From: an uncultured Gammaproteobacteria bacterium
Lineage (GTDB): Bacteria > Patescibacteriota > Patescibacteriia > UBA9934
Direction: 5' to 3'
DNA length: 64,000 nt
Assembly (NCBI GenBank): GCA_964355955.1
Contig: CAYHFQ010000004.1
Coordinates: 1,162-65,161, forward strand
The translations under genes were made by a program, and so were the position numbers. Positions 21,563-31,120 of this stretch are shown here, piece after piece. The notes under the pieces were generated by a model. The model was not told where the DNA came from, ran no database searches, and worked only from the letters and a program-made list of their open reading frames with translations. The stretch's first letter is position 1; each line of letters opens with the position of its first letter.

Positions 21563-21570
21563 AAGAGAAA

Positions 21571-21597
21571 AGAGCGGGCGCTGGCTCGCTCTTTTCG
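21571..21597 (+). terminator. Terminator after giant gene
   Basis: AGAGCG-GGCGCTGGCT-CGCTCT followed by TTTCGTT. Confidence 0.6.
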
Positions 21598-21607
21598 TTG
21601 GAATAGG

Positions 21608-21639
21608 AAAACCCCCACTCGCTCTCCACGAATGGGGGT
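21608..21639 (-). terminator. Terminator for convergent minus-strand lipoprotein gene
   Basis: ACCCCCA-N15-TGGGGGT with a T-run on the minus strand. Confidence 0.55.
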
Positions 21640-21668
21640 CTACTCCTGGTCTTGTTCAGGAAGACATA

Positions 21669-22472
21669 CTACTGGCAGGTGACACTCTCGCCAGCACTGG
21701 TGGTGAACGACACGATGCCGTTTTTCTGGTCGATGCTCGAGGCAGTGATGGTGCGTTCGGAGTCACCACCGAACTTCAGTGATTCTCCATCAATCTCGAT
21801 CCAAAGTCCGGTGCTGTCGGTCACGCCGATCATGTCCAGTTTGTACCCGTACTGCACGGCCAGATCGCTCTGGTCGAAGTCGTCGGTGTAGCTGTTCAGG
21901 ACGTAGTGGCACGTCACAGCCCCCAGGTCGAACCAGAGGTTCAGGTTGGCCGTGAGCGTCATCACGCCGTCGGGGACGGGGTAGCTGGACAGGGCTGCCT
22001 CGGGCTCGGTGTCCGACGGATCGTAGGTCGGGCTGTAAATGTCCAGCACGTCCAGAACGTCGTCGAAGTAGAGCTGCCTCGGCATGGTGGCCCAGAGACC
22101 GGCCTCGTCCTCGAACTTGGGCGTGACTTCACCTTCCACGAGGTTGTTCGCATCGCCGGCGGTGAGCCAGGTCAGCTTGTTCGCCTCGAGGGTAAGCACG
22201 GCGTTGGCCAGGCTGCCGTCACCGGACTTGGCAGACTGGTCGCCCAGGTGCGTGTCGATGACGTCGCCGAGCTGGGTACCGAGCTCGCTGATGAGGTACG
22301 CCAACTGCATGGTTGCGGGTGGATCTGCGGTGTCCGTGTCGCTGTCGCAGTTGCTCGTGCAGTCCGTGCTGTCCTGGTTGTTGCTGTCGTTGGGGTCAAC
22401 GCAGCCGACGAGGGCGAGCAGGGCGGTGAGGGTGAAGAGTGCGGACAGGGTGGGGGTGAGGGTCTTGGTCAT
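21669..22472 (-). CDS. Lipoprotein, Asp/Thr-rich (high-GC gene)
   Basis: MTKTLTPTLSALFTLTALLALVGC carries an L-V-G-C lipobox. About 60% GC against a ~47% background. The track ORF extends 30 codons further upstream. I chose the ATG giving the signal peptide. Confidence 0.6.
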   Translation of the reverse strand: MTKTLTPTLSALFTLTALLALVGCVDPNDSNNQDSTDCTSNCDSDTDTADPPATMQLAYLISELGTQLGDVIDTHLGDQSAKSGDGSLANAVLTLEANKLTWLTAGDANNLVEGEVTPKFEDEAGLWATMPRQLYFDDVLDVLDIYSPTYDPSDTEPEAALSSYPVPDGVMTLTANLNLWFDLGAVTCHYVLNSYTDDFDQSDLAVQYGYKLDMIGVTDSTGLWIEIDGESLKFGGDSERTITASSIDQKNGIVSFTTSAGESVTCQ

Positions 22473-22677
22473 GTGATCTCCGGCCAGGTTGTCTGGCTGT
22501 TGGTTGGAAATAACGAGGGAATCTCGTGCGCTAACCGTAGCCCAAAAATGGCTTTTTGTCAATGGTGTGGATAAGATTTTTGGATGGTTGCCAATTAAAA
22601 AATGGCTAATTTGAGAGAAGAATGTTAATTACGAATGTCTTTATTAATTTGTCTAAATAATGAATAAATTTTAAATA

Positions 22678-23370
22678 TTAATGAAACAAAGCGGTTCTGC
22701 GCTGACTCTCCGGCAATTCGCGCTGTGCGTCTTTGACGATGTCACCGTAATCGCGAAGTTCAAGCTGGTCTTTTGGCAGTTGTAATAGGGCAATCATGTA
22801 GTCGAGTTCTTCTGGGGTGCGCGTTTCTATTTCCAAGTAGGTGCCGATGTCTTTGGGAAAGGTATCGAAGGTGACGTGATTAGTGCCTTTTGAATATTGA
22901 GTCCGTTTCTTTTCAATAAAAATTCTTAGAGCAGGGAAGCTAATAATACCGAGGAACGATTGGAGCTGACGCAAATCCTGGAATGAATGAATTGTTTCTG
23001 GCAGTGTGTGTTTAGTAGTTTGCTCAAGAATCGTATTGATCGCCTTAAATATATCGTAATTTATGTTAGAAAAGTAATATTCTAATTCTCGAGCATCTTG
23101 AAAACCTTTTTTATTGGTTTTGCCAATTTTAAGTGAGAGTAAAATGTCGTCCTTGGTTTCGTTTCTGACTTGTCTAAACCTGAGCAATAGATTATTTTGG
23201 CGGCAGAGAAAATCTTCTGTGTCGGGGAGGAAGTCAGTTTCTAATTGTTCTGGAGCGGCGATGAAATGATTGTTGAGTAGGATGGATTGGAATTTTAGAA
23301 GTGTTTCTTGTCCGTAAAGAGCGAATTTGACCTCGCACTCTCTAATTCCTACGGTTTTAGCAATTGGCAT
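22678..23370 (-). CDS. CYTH-domain protein (CyaB-type adenylyl cyclase / triphosphate tunnel metalloenzyme-like)
   Basis: N-terminal ExExK motif (GIRECEVKF) and C-terminal YLEIETRTPEE are the CYTH signatures. The gene is AT-rich. Confidence 0.5.
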   Translation of the reverse strand: MPIAKTVGIRECEVKFALYGQETLLKFQSILLNNHFIAAPEQLETDFLPDTEDFLCRQNNLLLRFRQVRNETKDDILLSLKIGKTNKKGFQDARELEYYFSNINYDIFKAINTILEQTTKHTLPETIHSFQDLRQLQSFLGIISFPALRIFIEKKRTQYSKGTNHVTFDTFPKDIGTYLEIETRTPEELDYMIALLQLPKDQLELRDYGDIVKDAQRELPESQRRTALFH

Positions 23371-23391
23371 ATATCTCTATACTAGCATAGA

Positions 23392-23967
23392 ATGGTGAAT
23401 AATAAAGGGAAAATGTTAATATTACGTATGGATATTTTAAAGGAGATTAGTGGTCGTGTTAAGGAGCAATTCGCCAAAGAATACGCCTGTCATTTGGTAT
23501 TCGTTCATAAAGTCGCCGTAGAATTGCAGCAGCGCTATGGTGGAGATTTAGAGGTAATTGAGATTGCAGCGATGGCGCACGATATTGGTAGAGTAGAGGA
23601 TGGTGATAATTCCATGCATCCAGAGATTGGGGCGACCAAGATTATTCCGTGGTTGCAGGAGTTTGCTTATGAGAATGAAGAGGCCAAGTCGTTGATTGCC
23701 CGCTGTATTTTAATGCACAATAAGGTCGACGGCTTTCAAGGAATAGAAGAGGAGATAATCAGTAATGCGGATGGTTTGTCGAAGCTGTTGTATCACGACA
23801 TGTTCATGTTGATGTGCAGGAAGGATAATTACCTCGATAAGGCTAAGTGGGGACTCAAGTATATCGAGAAGGGTTATAGTAAGTTGACGCTGCCTGGATT
23901 GAGGGAGGAATATAAAGGGTTGTATGAGGGTTTGAAAGGGAGGTATGAGGGTGTGTTGAAAGTTTAG
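23392..23967 (+). CDS. HD-domain phosphohydrolase
   Basis: HLVFVHKV...IEIAAMAHDIGR is an H...HD metal-binding motif. Divergent from the CYTH gene, separated by a 21-bp spacer. Confidence 0.55.
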   Translation: MVNNKGKMLILRMDILKEISGRVKEQFAKEYACHLVFVHKVAVELQQRYGGDLEVIEIAAMAHDIGRVEDGDNSMHPEIGATKIIPWLQEFAYENEEAKSLIARCILMHNKVDGFQGIEEEIISNADGLSKLLYHDMFMLMCRKDNYLDKAKWGLKYIEKGYSKLTLPGLREEYKGLYEGLKGRYEGVLKV

Positions 23968-24431
23968 AGTCAAAACTTATCCCCCGACTTTGCCGACAGC
24001 CGCCGACACGAGAAGTGTAGTATAAACTCGCAGAAAAGTGGCAGTACGTAAAACCTGTCGGTGGGCGTCGACAAGAAATGGCCAGGATGGGCCATTTTTT
24101 GTTTGAGGGAGAATTTTAGTCGAGCTATAGTTTAAGCACGACGTCGACAGAAGGAGACAGCCTACTATCACAAACGTTTGGTAAAAGTCGTGAACATCTA
24201 AATTAGGTAGATGCGAGCGGCACGGTAGCAAAGCGTTGTCATGGTCGGAATGTCTCGGGCCTAGAGAAGACAACTGGGGAGTAGTTTTTCCCTAGGCCTC
24301 GTCGCTTCTGTAAATTTGGTTAATCGAAGAGGTAACACCGCCCTAAGGCTGTTCCGTGAAAGTCATGGACACTCCTAAAGCCAAAGGGATGTGTTGACCA
24401 ATTCCGGTTGACCATCTCAGTGGAGAGTATC

Positions 24432-26183
24432 ATGCGTTCCTTGTATTTCCTGTTCGGTGTTTCGATCTCGCTCGCGTTGATGGCGGCCATGAGCGGCTGC
24501 TGTGGCCCGTTCTGTATGGTCGAGCGTGACGTCAGCCAGGTTGGCGGCGAAGATGCGGTGACTGTCGACATGCCTTTTGCCATGGGCTACCAGAGCCGGT
24601 GCGTGCAGGGCGTCGATGGCAGCTACTCACATCACTCCAACTCCACCTACTTCGACGTGGACTTTGACACGCCGAATGGGGAGGACGACATCGTCTATGC
24701 TCCGGTGAGCGGGACGGCCTACGTGCACGAGAGTGACCCAACGCGCAACTTTGGCAACCACATCAACCTCGACATGAACGACGGGACCTACCTGGTGCTT
24801 GGGCACATGGAGGACATCTTCGTCAGTGACGGGAGTGAGGTGGCGGCCGGGCAGATCCTCGGTTTCGAGGGCACGACCGGCTACAGCACTGGCGATCACG
24901 TCCACATGGGGCGACACGACGGTGATGCGACGCAGGACGCGGTGCGCGGGACGTCGATTGAGGGGCTGGAGTTCAGCCTGTATGACGCGACGACGCGGCA
25001 AACGCTGACCGAGTCGACGGGCGACATGACTTGCGACTTGTCGAGCGGCCACGTCTACCAGTCCACCCTGCCAGTCAACCGCTGGCACCCGGACGGTAGC
25101 TTGGTCAAAACGCCGAGCGACGCCCAGGTGTACCTGGTGGAGAGCGGGCAATTGCGCTACATCAGCGATGAAACCGCGTTCTGGAGCCGTAACTACAGCT
25201 TCAGCGACGTGGCGCTCATCGACACCGACGAAGAAGCCTGCTACGGCCTGGGCAGCGACATCAGCGGCAGTAGCGAAGTGCAGGCCGTGTACCAGTCGGG
25301 CGTGGTCTGGCTACTGCTCGAGACGCCGAGTACCAGCAATCGGCAACGGTTGCGGGTCAAGAGCACGGGCTGGCAAGCGGTGTTGAAGAGCTGGGGCGTG
25401 GTGGCCAGTACCTACGACGACCTGGCGACCAAGCCGATGGACGGCAATCTGACCGACTGGCCAGACAGCGGATACGCTTTGTTCCGCGACGGTAGCCTCA
25501 TCTCGGAAGTCTCGAGCAGCGCGGTCTACGTCGTGAGCGACGGGATTGCTATGCCAATCGAGAGCTGGGATACGTACCTGCTCATGGGCTTCGGTTCACG
25601 GGCGGTCAGCGAGGTGGACAATGGCACAGTGGCCAGCGTCATGAGCCGTGTCGGGGACTGCAACACCAACACCTACTGCGTCAGCCATGAGGACGCGACG
25701 ACCTGTGGCGGACCCTCCGGCAGCGAAGGGGCGTACGACAGCGGCGGTGAAGGTGGCGCGCCGGATACGGGGCAACTCGACACGGGCTATGTGCCACAAC
25801 AGACGGACACGGGCAGCGAGGCGGCGAACCAGAGCCTGAGCGTGAGCTGGTCAACGCCCAGCTTGGCCACGGCCAGCCGCATTGCCCTCTCTGGCGAGTA
25901 TTCGTCAGGTGGGGCAGCGCAAGGCTGGCAGAACTACGGAGAGGTGAGCAATGCGAGCAACCTGACGCAGGTGTTCGTGAACGCGGCACCAGGCGACAGT
26001 CTGCGCTTCTCCGTGGAATACACCATCGGCGGCAACACCAGCTGGTCGTGTTTGGCGCCATTCCCGCCGGGCACCGTACAAGGCAGCCCGAGTGCAGTGT
26101 GGAACGGGCAAGCACTCCCCGTGGTGGCGACGGACGACCCGAGCAGCGATGGCTGTGGGCTGACGGTGACCGTGCCGAACTAG
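24432..26183 (+). CDS. Secreted peptidase M23 (LytM-like) family protein with long C-terminal Ser/Gly-rich domain (high-GC gene)
   Basis: Signal/TM segment MRSLYFLFGVSISLALMAAMSGC. M23 motifs FGNHINLD and TGYSTGDHVHMG. GGAGAG Shine-Dalgarno 4 nt upstream of the ATG at 24432. About 60% GC. Confidence 0.75.
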   Translation: MRSLYFLFGVSISLALMAAMSGCCGPFCMVERDVSQVGGEDAVTVDMPFAMGYQSRCVQGVDGSYSHHSNSTYFDVDFDTPNGEDDIVYAPVSGTAYVHESDPTRNFGNHINLDMNDGTYLVLGHMEDIFVSDGSEVAAGQILGFEGTTGYSTGDHVHMGRHDGDATQDAVRGTSIEGLEFSLYDATTRQTLTESTGDMTCDLSSGHVYQSTLPVNRWHPDGSLVKTPSDAQVYLVESGQLRYISDETAFWSRNYSFSDVALIDTDEEACYGLGSDISGSSEVQAVYQSGVVWLLLETPSTSNRQRLRVKSTGWQAVLKSWGVVASTYDDLATKPMDGNLTDWPDSGYALFRDGSLISEVSSSAVYVVSDGIAMPIESWDTYLLMGFGSRAVSEVDNGTVASVMSRVGDCNTNTYCVSHEDATTCGGPSGSEGAYDSGGEGGAPDTGQLDTGYVPQQTDTGSEAANQSLSVSWSTPSLATASRIALSGEYSSGGAAQGWQNYGEVSNASNLTQVFVNAAPGDSLRFSVEYTIGGNTSWSCLAPFPPGTVQGSPSAVWNGQALPVVATDDPSSDGCGLTVTVPN

Positions 26184-26304
26184 AATTCGGCAACAAGTTT
26201 CTTCTCGATGACGTTCGTTTCCGCTCCTGGGACGAACGTCATTTTCTTTGCTGTGCAAAACCTACGGCGCAGAGTTGAGGGGTGTGATATACTTCTTACT
26301 AACT

Positions 26305-29142
26305 ATGTCGTATCTAGTTAAGTTGGCGAAGTTTGGTCAGAATTTTTTAAGAAATTACGGGAAAATTATTTTTCCAGTATTGCTGTTGATGGCACTTGGT
26401 ACGCCTCAGTTATTGAAGGCTGAAGATCCAGTGACGACAATTCCACAAGGTGTTACACATACAGAGAGCATTGCGGATCTTCAGGCTTCTATTGATGCCA
26501 CTAATGCTGCTGCTGATGCAGGTTTAGCGGCAGACGCAGGATCTAACGTGCCACCGGCAACTAACGCGCCGTCAGCAGCGAGTTATTTGGCAGATGAGGG
26601 TTTAACACAGACAGCGGTGAATGGCGTTATTCTGTTGCTCGGTACGGTTTTTACGTACCTGGCCCAGGGCGTGGGGTGGATTATCTTGCTATTGATTAAG
26701 ATTATCTTGATCCCCATTCTGCATTACGATGGTTTTGCGACCAGTCGTATTATTGGCTTGGGCTGGAGTTTAGTGCGTGACGTTGTCAACATGTTCGTAG
26801 TGGTGGTGCTTTTAGTGATTGCCGTGATGACCATTGTTGGCAGTCCTAAGGCTAACTGGGAACAGCAAATTCCACGATTGTTTATTTATGTCGTGGCTGT
26901 CAACTTTAGCCGTACTATCTGTGGTTTATTGCTCGACGTCGGCAATGTAGTGATGTTTCAGTTTGTTAATGCTATTTTAGATGTTGGAGCTGGTAACTTT
27001 GCTCAGTTGCTGAAGTTAAATATTACCGGAACATTTACTGATCACTTGAATACTACGATTGGTTCGGCCCAGTTGTTAGCCGGTGCTTATATGCAGCTGG
27101 CGTTATTGCTGGCGGTGCTGGCGGTGATTGGTATCATGGTTCTGGTCTTTTTATACCGTATTGTAGTGTTGTGGGTGTTGATTATTATGTCGCCGGCAGC
27201 CTTTTTTGCTGGTGGAATCAAAGATGTGTTGGGTCAAGCTGGAAGTGCTTATAATGACTGGTGGAAGAAGTTCAGTTCGGCGATTATCCTTGGCCCGTTG
27301 TTGACGTTCTTCTTGTGGCTAGCACTAGCAGCGGCTAGTAGCGGTGACATTATTTCGAGTGAAAATTTCCCAACTGGTGGAGCGAGCGAGAACATTCCAG
27401 GTATTGTGTTGCAGCAGTTTGATATGTCGCAATTGGCTGGCTTGATGCTTGGCTTGGTGTTGCTGGTGGTGGGTATGCAACAAGCGTCGCACGCAGCTGG
27501 AGCGCTTGGCCCGATTGCTGCTGGTTTGGTGAGTGAAGGCATGGGTATGAGGATTGTAAAGGGTGCCATGCGTATGCCGGCGCAGCAGTTTGGACGACAG
27601 GCGAACAAGCGTTTGGCGCCAGCTGGGAGTACTCTTACTTCGGAAATTGGTAAGGGTGTTATTGGGCTCGGTCAGGCAGCGAGAAGTACCGGTATACCTA
27701 TTTTAGGTACGGCTTTTGGGGCGACGATTGGCAAAGGCTTGTCCATTGCTGGTAGCGCAATCCAGAAGACTGGTGATGATCAGTTGCATGAGTCGCAGCA
27801 TAATGCTGAGGAGCGAGTTAAGGCTTGGAGCCCAGAGCGTTTGGCTTCTGAATTGGCGTTGGTGGCCAGTGGTGAGAGAGCTGTGTTGCTTTCTAGTGGT
27901 GGCTCGAAAGAGGCGGCTGTTAAGAAGTTGGTGACGGATAAGGGGACTCAGGATATGGTGGCGGCTCAGTTGTATAAGAAAGACAAGGTAAACGGTGCGC
28001 AACAATTCCAGGATTTGATGAGGACTGCTATTGGTCAGGTTGAGCATCATGAGTCGCATATTATTGGTGACGACGACAAGGCCGGTCAAGCCTTTAACGC
28101 GACTAAGTCACGCTATGTGCACTTGATTGGTGCTATGGCTGATGATAAGGGTGAGATGCATACAGCAGCTGAGCGTATGAAGGCACACATGGATAATCCT
28201 AAGTTTAAGGCCGGTGACATGAGTACAGATGCGGTCAAGAATGAAGTGGTGCAGAATAACGCTCGTAACATTGTGACCGGAACTGACGCGGCTGGTAATA
28301 ATATTACAATGTGGGATGAGATTATATCTGGTAAGGGCGTATCTAATAAAATTCGTGAAGCTGCTTTGGCGACGCCTGTTAGAGCTAGTATTGCACCGGA
28401 CGACAAACAGGCTGCACGTTGGGTTTCTGGCGGAGTACGAATTGGTACTTTGAATAACCGTGATGTTACAGAAGCGGATATTCAAAATAACATTACAGGT
28501 GGAGCGCTTGAGATTAATAGTTTAACGAATGCTGACTTTGCGGCTGCTGGAGGTCCAAATCCAGGACATCGAGGAGAAGAAATTGCCAGGTCTATTGCTT
28601 TGTCTGGAGCCAACTTTACGCTGCCTCACAATCAACTTAATGCTGGTGCTTTGGCTGAATTTGAGAGGAATATTACGCGTGTTATCGGTGACACGACTAA
28701 TAATACAAAGGAAGAGATTGTTAAAGCAATTGCGGCTAAATTCGCTTTGCAAAATGCGGCTGGTGTGCCTAATGACTTGTTCGATCCTGCCAATGGTCGA
28801 GGTGTTGGTGATGATATGGCCGCTTTGGCTGAGGCTATGAAGATTGATCAATCCGCTATTAGGTATGTTGATCCAGCCGCACACGGTGGTGTTAATAAGG
28901 AAGTTATTGAAAAAGCGATTGACAGTGCGGTGTCAGTTAATATGATAAACACCTTGCTAGCCAAGATGAAGAAACTGAAAAAGACAGATGTGGAGTATGT
29001 CAATTACAAAGCGGCTATTGACCGAATTGATGCTGCATTGATTAGTTTAGATACTGCGGGTGGTCCATCAGGATCTAAGCAAACATCTGGCTTCAAAAAC
29101 AAGCGCAACCGAGCTCATGAAGTTAAGATTGAAACGGATTAA
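26305..29142 (+). CDS. Large polytopic membrane protein, VirB6/TrbL-like by topology and context, with ~530-aa soluble C-terminal domain
   Basis: Signal peptide, then about 7-8 TM helices at aa 110-420, then a hydrophilic tail. Position upstream of the VirB3/VirB4-like genes. The track start is TTG 26248. The ATG at 26305 gives the signal peptide. Confidence 0.35.
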   Translation: MSYLVKLAKFGQNFLRNYGKIIFPVLLLMALGTPQLLKAEDPVTTIPQGVTHTESIADLQASIDATNAAADAGLAADAGSNVPPATNAPSAASYLADEGLTQTAVNGVILLLGTVFTYLAQGVGWIILLLIKIILIPILHYDGFATSRIIGLGWSLVRDVVNMFVVVVLLVIAVMTIVGSPKANWEQQIPRLFIYVVAVNFSRTICGLLLDVGNVVMFQFVNAILDVGAGNFAQLLKLNITGTFTDHLNTTIGSAQLLAGAYMQLALLLAVLAVIGIMVLVFLYRIVVLWVLIIMSPAAFFAGGIKDVLGQAGSAYNDWWKKFSSAIILGPLLTFFLWLALAAASSGDIISSENFPTGGASENIPGIVLQQFDMSQLAGLMLGLVLLVVGMQQASHAAGALGPIAAGLVSEGMGMRIVKGAMRMPAQQFGRQANKRLAPAGSTLTSEIGKGVIGLGQAARSTGIPILGTAFGATIGKGLSIAGSAIQKTGDDQLHESQHNAEERVKAWSPERLASELALVASGERAVLLSSGGSKEAAVKKLVTDKGTQDMVAAQLYKKDKVNGAQQFQDLMRTAIGQVEHHESHIIGDDDKAGQAFNATKSRYVHLIGAMADDKGEMHTAAERMKAHMDNPKFKAGDMSTDAVKNEVVQNNARNIVTGTDAAGNNITMWDEIISGKGVSNKIREAALATPVRASIAPDDKQAARWVSGGVRIGTLNNRDVTEADIQNNITGGALEINSLTNADFAAAGGPNPGHRGEEIARSIALSGANFTLPHNQLNAGALAEFERNITRVIGDTTNNTKEEIVKAIAAKFALQNAAGVPNDLFDPANGRGVGDDMAALAEAMKIDQSAIRYVDPAAHGGVNKEVIEKAIDSAVSVNMINTLLAKMKKLKKTDVEYVNYKAAIDRIDAALISLDTAGGPSGSKQTSGFKNKRNRAHEVKIETD

Positions 29143-29213
29143 TATTGCTTATGGAGGGGGGTGACATTCGCGGTATTCCAATAGTTAGCCAGTTTTTAAC
29201 GAATGGGGAGTCC

Positions 29214-31073
29214 ATGGAAAAACTGGAGACGATGCAAGAAAAGTATAAACTGCCTGTTGATCGGGCGGACGAGTATTTAATGTTATGTCGGGCGGTGTTG
29301 GACGGGGATATACAACTTGACCACATGCCAGAGATGATTGCCGAGGCGTTTGGGGTGGATGAGGAGATGGCTAAGAAGATTGCTATGGATGTGGTGGCGA
29401 TTAGGTTGTTGCCGCTTGAGGGTTACTGGCCGGGAGTTGAGGCGCAGATTGTGAAGTGGGGTGGAAAAGTGAGTGATTATTCGGCATTTCGTGTAGGTAA
29501 GGAGAAGATTACGGCGGATAGGTTTGCTGGTAATTTAACGGAGAACTTAGAATTGACGTTGTCGCCCGTGCATATTAAGCGTTTGGGATTTTTGGTGAAG
29601 AGTTATTTTGCTGGCGAGAAGACGAGGGATGCGACAATGACGTTTTTTGCCCGACCGGTGAATATCGGAGGCTTGGGGTTGGCGCTTGAACAAGCTAAGG
29701 GTTTGATGGAGAGTATTGATGAGTCTAAAGAGATGGTGGAGTTGGTGGATGATGAGAGGGATGAGACTTTTAGGGAGGAATCTGAAGAGCCGGTAGAACC
29801 AGTTAATGAGGTTACTGAGAGTGATAATATTTTAAAGGAGGCTCGGCCGGTAGAAGAGATGAAAATTGAGACACTAATAGGCGGGGATACCATGCCCCGC
29901 CAGGAGGAGCCTGTAGTCGAGCCAATTATTGAAGATGTAAAGCGGGGGACGGTGACCCCGCCTATTACGAAGATAAAAGAAGAGGTCGTTGCAGAGAAGA
30001 TACCCGAAGAAATTCCAGTGATAGCGAATTTGCCGGAGGTGGCGCCGAGTATGGTAGTTTCGACCACGACGCCGGTGACGCCGAGGGTGATGGTGGCTGG
30101 GGGAGAGCTTGCGTCCGACAGCGAAGAGATTGCGGCGCAGGCTAAAGTGATTGCCAAGAAAGATATTGCGAGTGAGGGTAATGACGAGAAGTTAAAGGCG
30201 GCGGTGGATTTGGTGCTGACGTCAGCGTCGACCTTATTGCAGGCTAAGAGATTGGCGAAGAAAGAGTTTGCGCCAGTTTGCGAGATGATGATTAGAGGCG
30301 TACGAGATGTCATGCAGACGCGGGGAGTGCTAGTGAAAGAGTTTGGATTGGACGAGGCGTCGATTGATGCTTTGCTGGGATTCGTCGATGATGGGGCGAA
30401 ATTCTATCATCAGGCTGAGATTAAGCGGGGGACGGTGACCCCCCCTATTGAAGTGAAAGCTGCGGTGCCAACAGTAGGTGAAGTGATGGACCGGAGGTTC
30501 GCGGAGGTGACGAAAACGTTGCCTAAGGCACCGATTGTGCCGGTGATGGATGAAGCTAGGGTGAGTGCAGCCAGAAGCAAAGAAGATGAGGTAGCGGAAC
30601 AAGCGGCGAAGATTGATGTGGCTAAGCTCGAAGTGGCGGCAGAAGCGGCCAAGCCGGTGTTAGCGAAAGCGATGCTGACGGTGGGCAGTGTGGCGCCAAG
30701 CTTGCCAGGTGAGCCTGTGATGATGAACGACGTGAAGTTTAAGCCGCGATTGGTTGGCCCGGTGGATGAGCTCGGTACTATGATGCCGGCTGACTTTAGG
30801 CGTTTGTCGAGCGATCCAGTAGAGGCGACCAAGAAGATTGAAGATTTGTTGGCGGCGCTGCAGACAACGTCGTTTGAAGAAAGGATTAGAGGTATTCAGG
30901 CTTGGCGCGTGAGCCCAGTTTGTAGATTATATGCGGCCATGGCTGGCGAAGCGTTGCAGGCTGGCGTGGCGTTGGCGGAAGTAGCGAGTAAGAGACGTAA
31001 TAAGGGCGAGGAGAGTTTGAGCCCGGCGGAGATGAAGGCGATAGGATCGTTGAACGCAAAGATGAGATTCTAG
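29214..31073 (+). CDS. Acidic hypothetical protein with internal repeat (KRGTVTPPI twice)
   Basis: GGGGAG Shine-Dalgarno 4 nt before the ATG at 29214. Glu-rich with no TM helix. The repeat lines are VKRGTVTPPITKIKEEV and IKRGTVTPPIEVKAAV. Confidence 0.55.
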   Translation: MEKLETMQEKYKLPVDRADEYLMLCRAVLDGDIQLDHMPEMIAEAFGVDEEMAKKIAMDVVAIRLLPLEGYWPGVEAQIVKWGGKVSDYSAFRVGKEKITADRFAGNLTENLELTLSPVHIKRLGFLVKSYFAGEKTRDATMTFFARPVNIGGLGLALEQAKGLMESIDESKEMVELVDDERDETFREESEEPVEPVNEVTESDNILKEARPVEEMKIETLIGGDTMPRQEEPVVEPIIEDVKRGTVTPPITKIKEEVVAEKIPEEIPVIANLPEVAPSMVVSTTTPVTPRVMVAGGELASDSEEIAAQAKVIAKKDIASEGNDEKLKAAVDLVLTSASTLLQAKRLAKKEFAPVCEMMIRGVRDVMQTRGVLVKEFGLDEASIDALLGFVDDGAKFYHQAEIKRGTVTPPIEVKAAVPTVGEVMDRRFAEVTKTLPKAPIVPVMDEARVSAARSKEDEVAEQAAKIDVAKLEVAAEAAKPVLAKAMLTVGSVAPSLPGEPVMMNDVKFKPRLVGPVDELGTMMPADFRRLSSDPVEATKKIEDLLAALQTTSFEERIRGIQAWRVSPVCRLYAAMAGEALQAGVALAEVASKRRNKGEESLSPAEMKAIGSLNAKMRF

Positions 31074-31114
31074 AAGGTAGAGGGTAGAGAGTAGAACGTA
31101 GATTGTGCTATAAT
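31071..31114 (+). promoter_or_regulatory. Five tandem heptamers TAGA-N-N-G followed by extended -10 (TGCTATAAT)
   Basis: TAGAAGG TAGAGGG TAGAGAG TAGAACG TAGATTG then TGCTATAAT. The ATG at 31121 lies 7 nt after the -10 box, so the message is predicted leaderless. Confidence 0.55.
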
Positions 31115-31120
31115 GAAAGC

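Noticed and set aside
31071-31105. CRISPR-like short repeat array
   Set aside because: The repeats are 7-bp units with no spacers, sitting at a promoter. There are no 25-40-bp direct repeats with unique spacers anywhere in the window.
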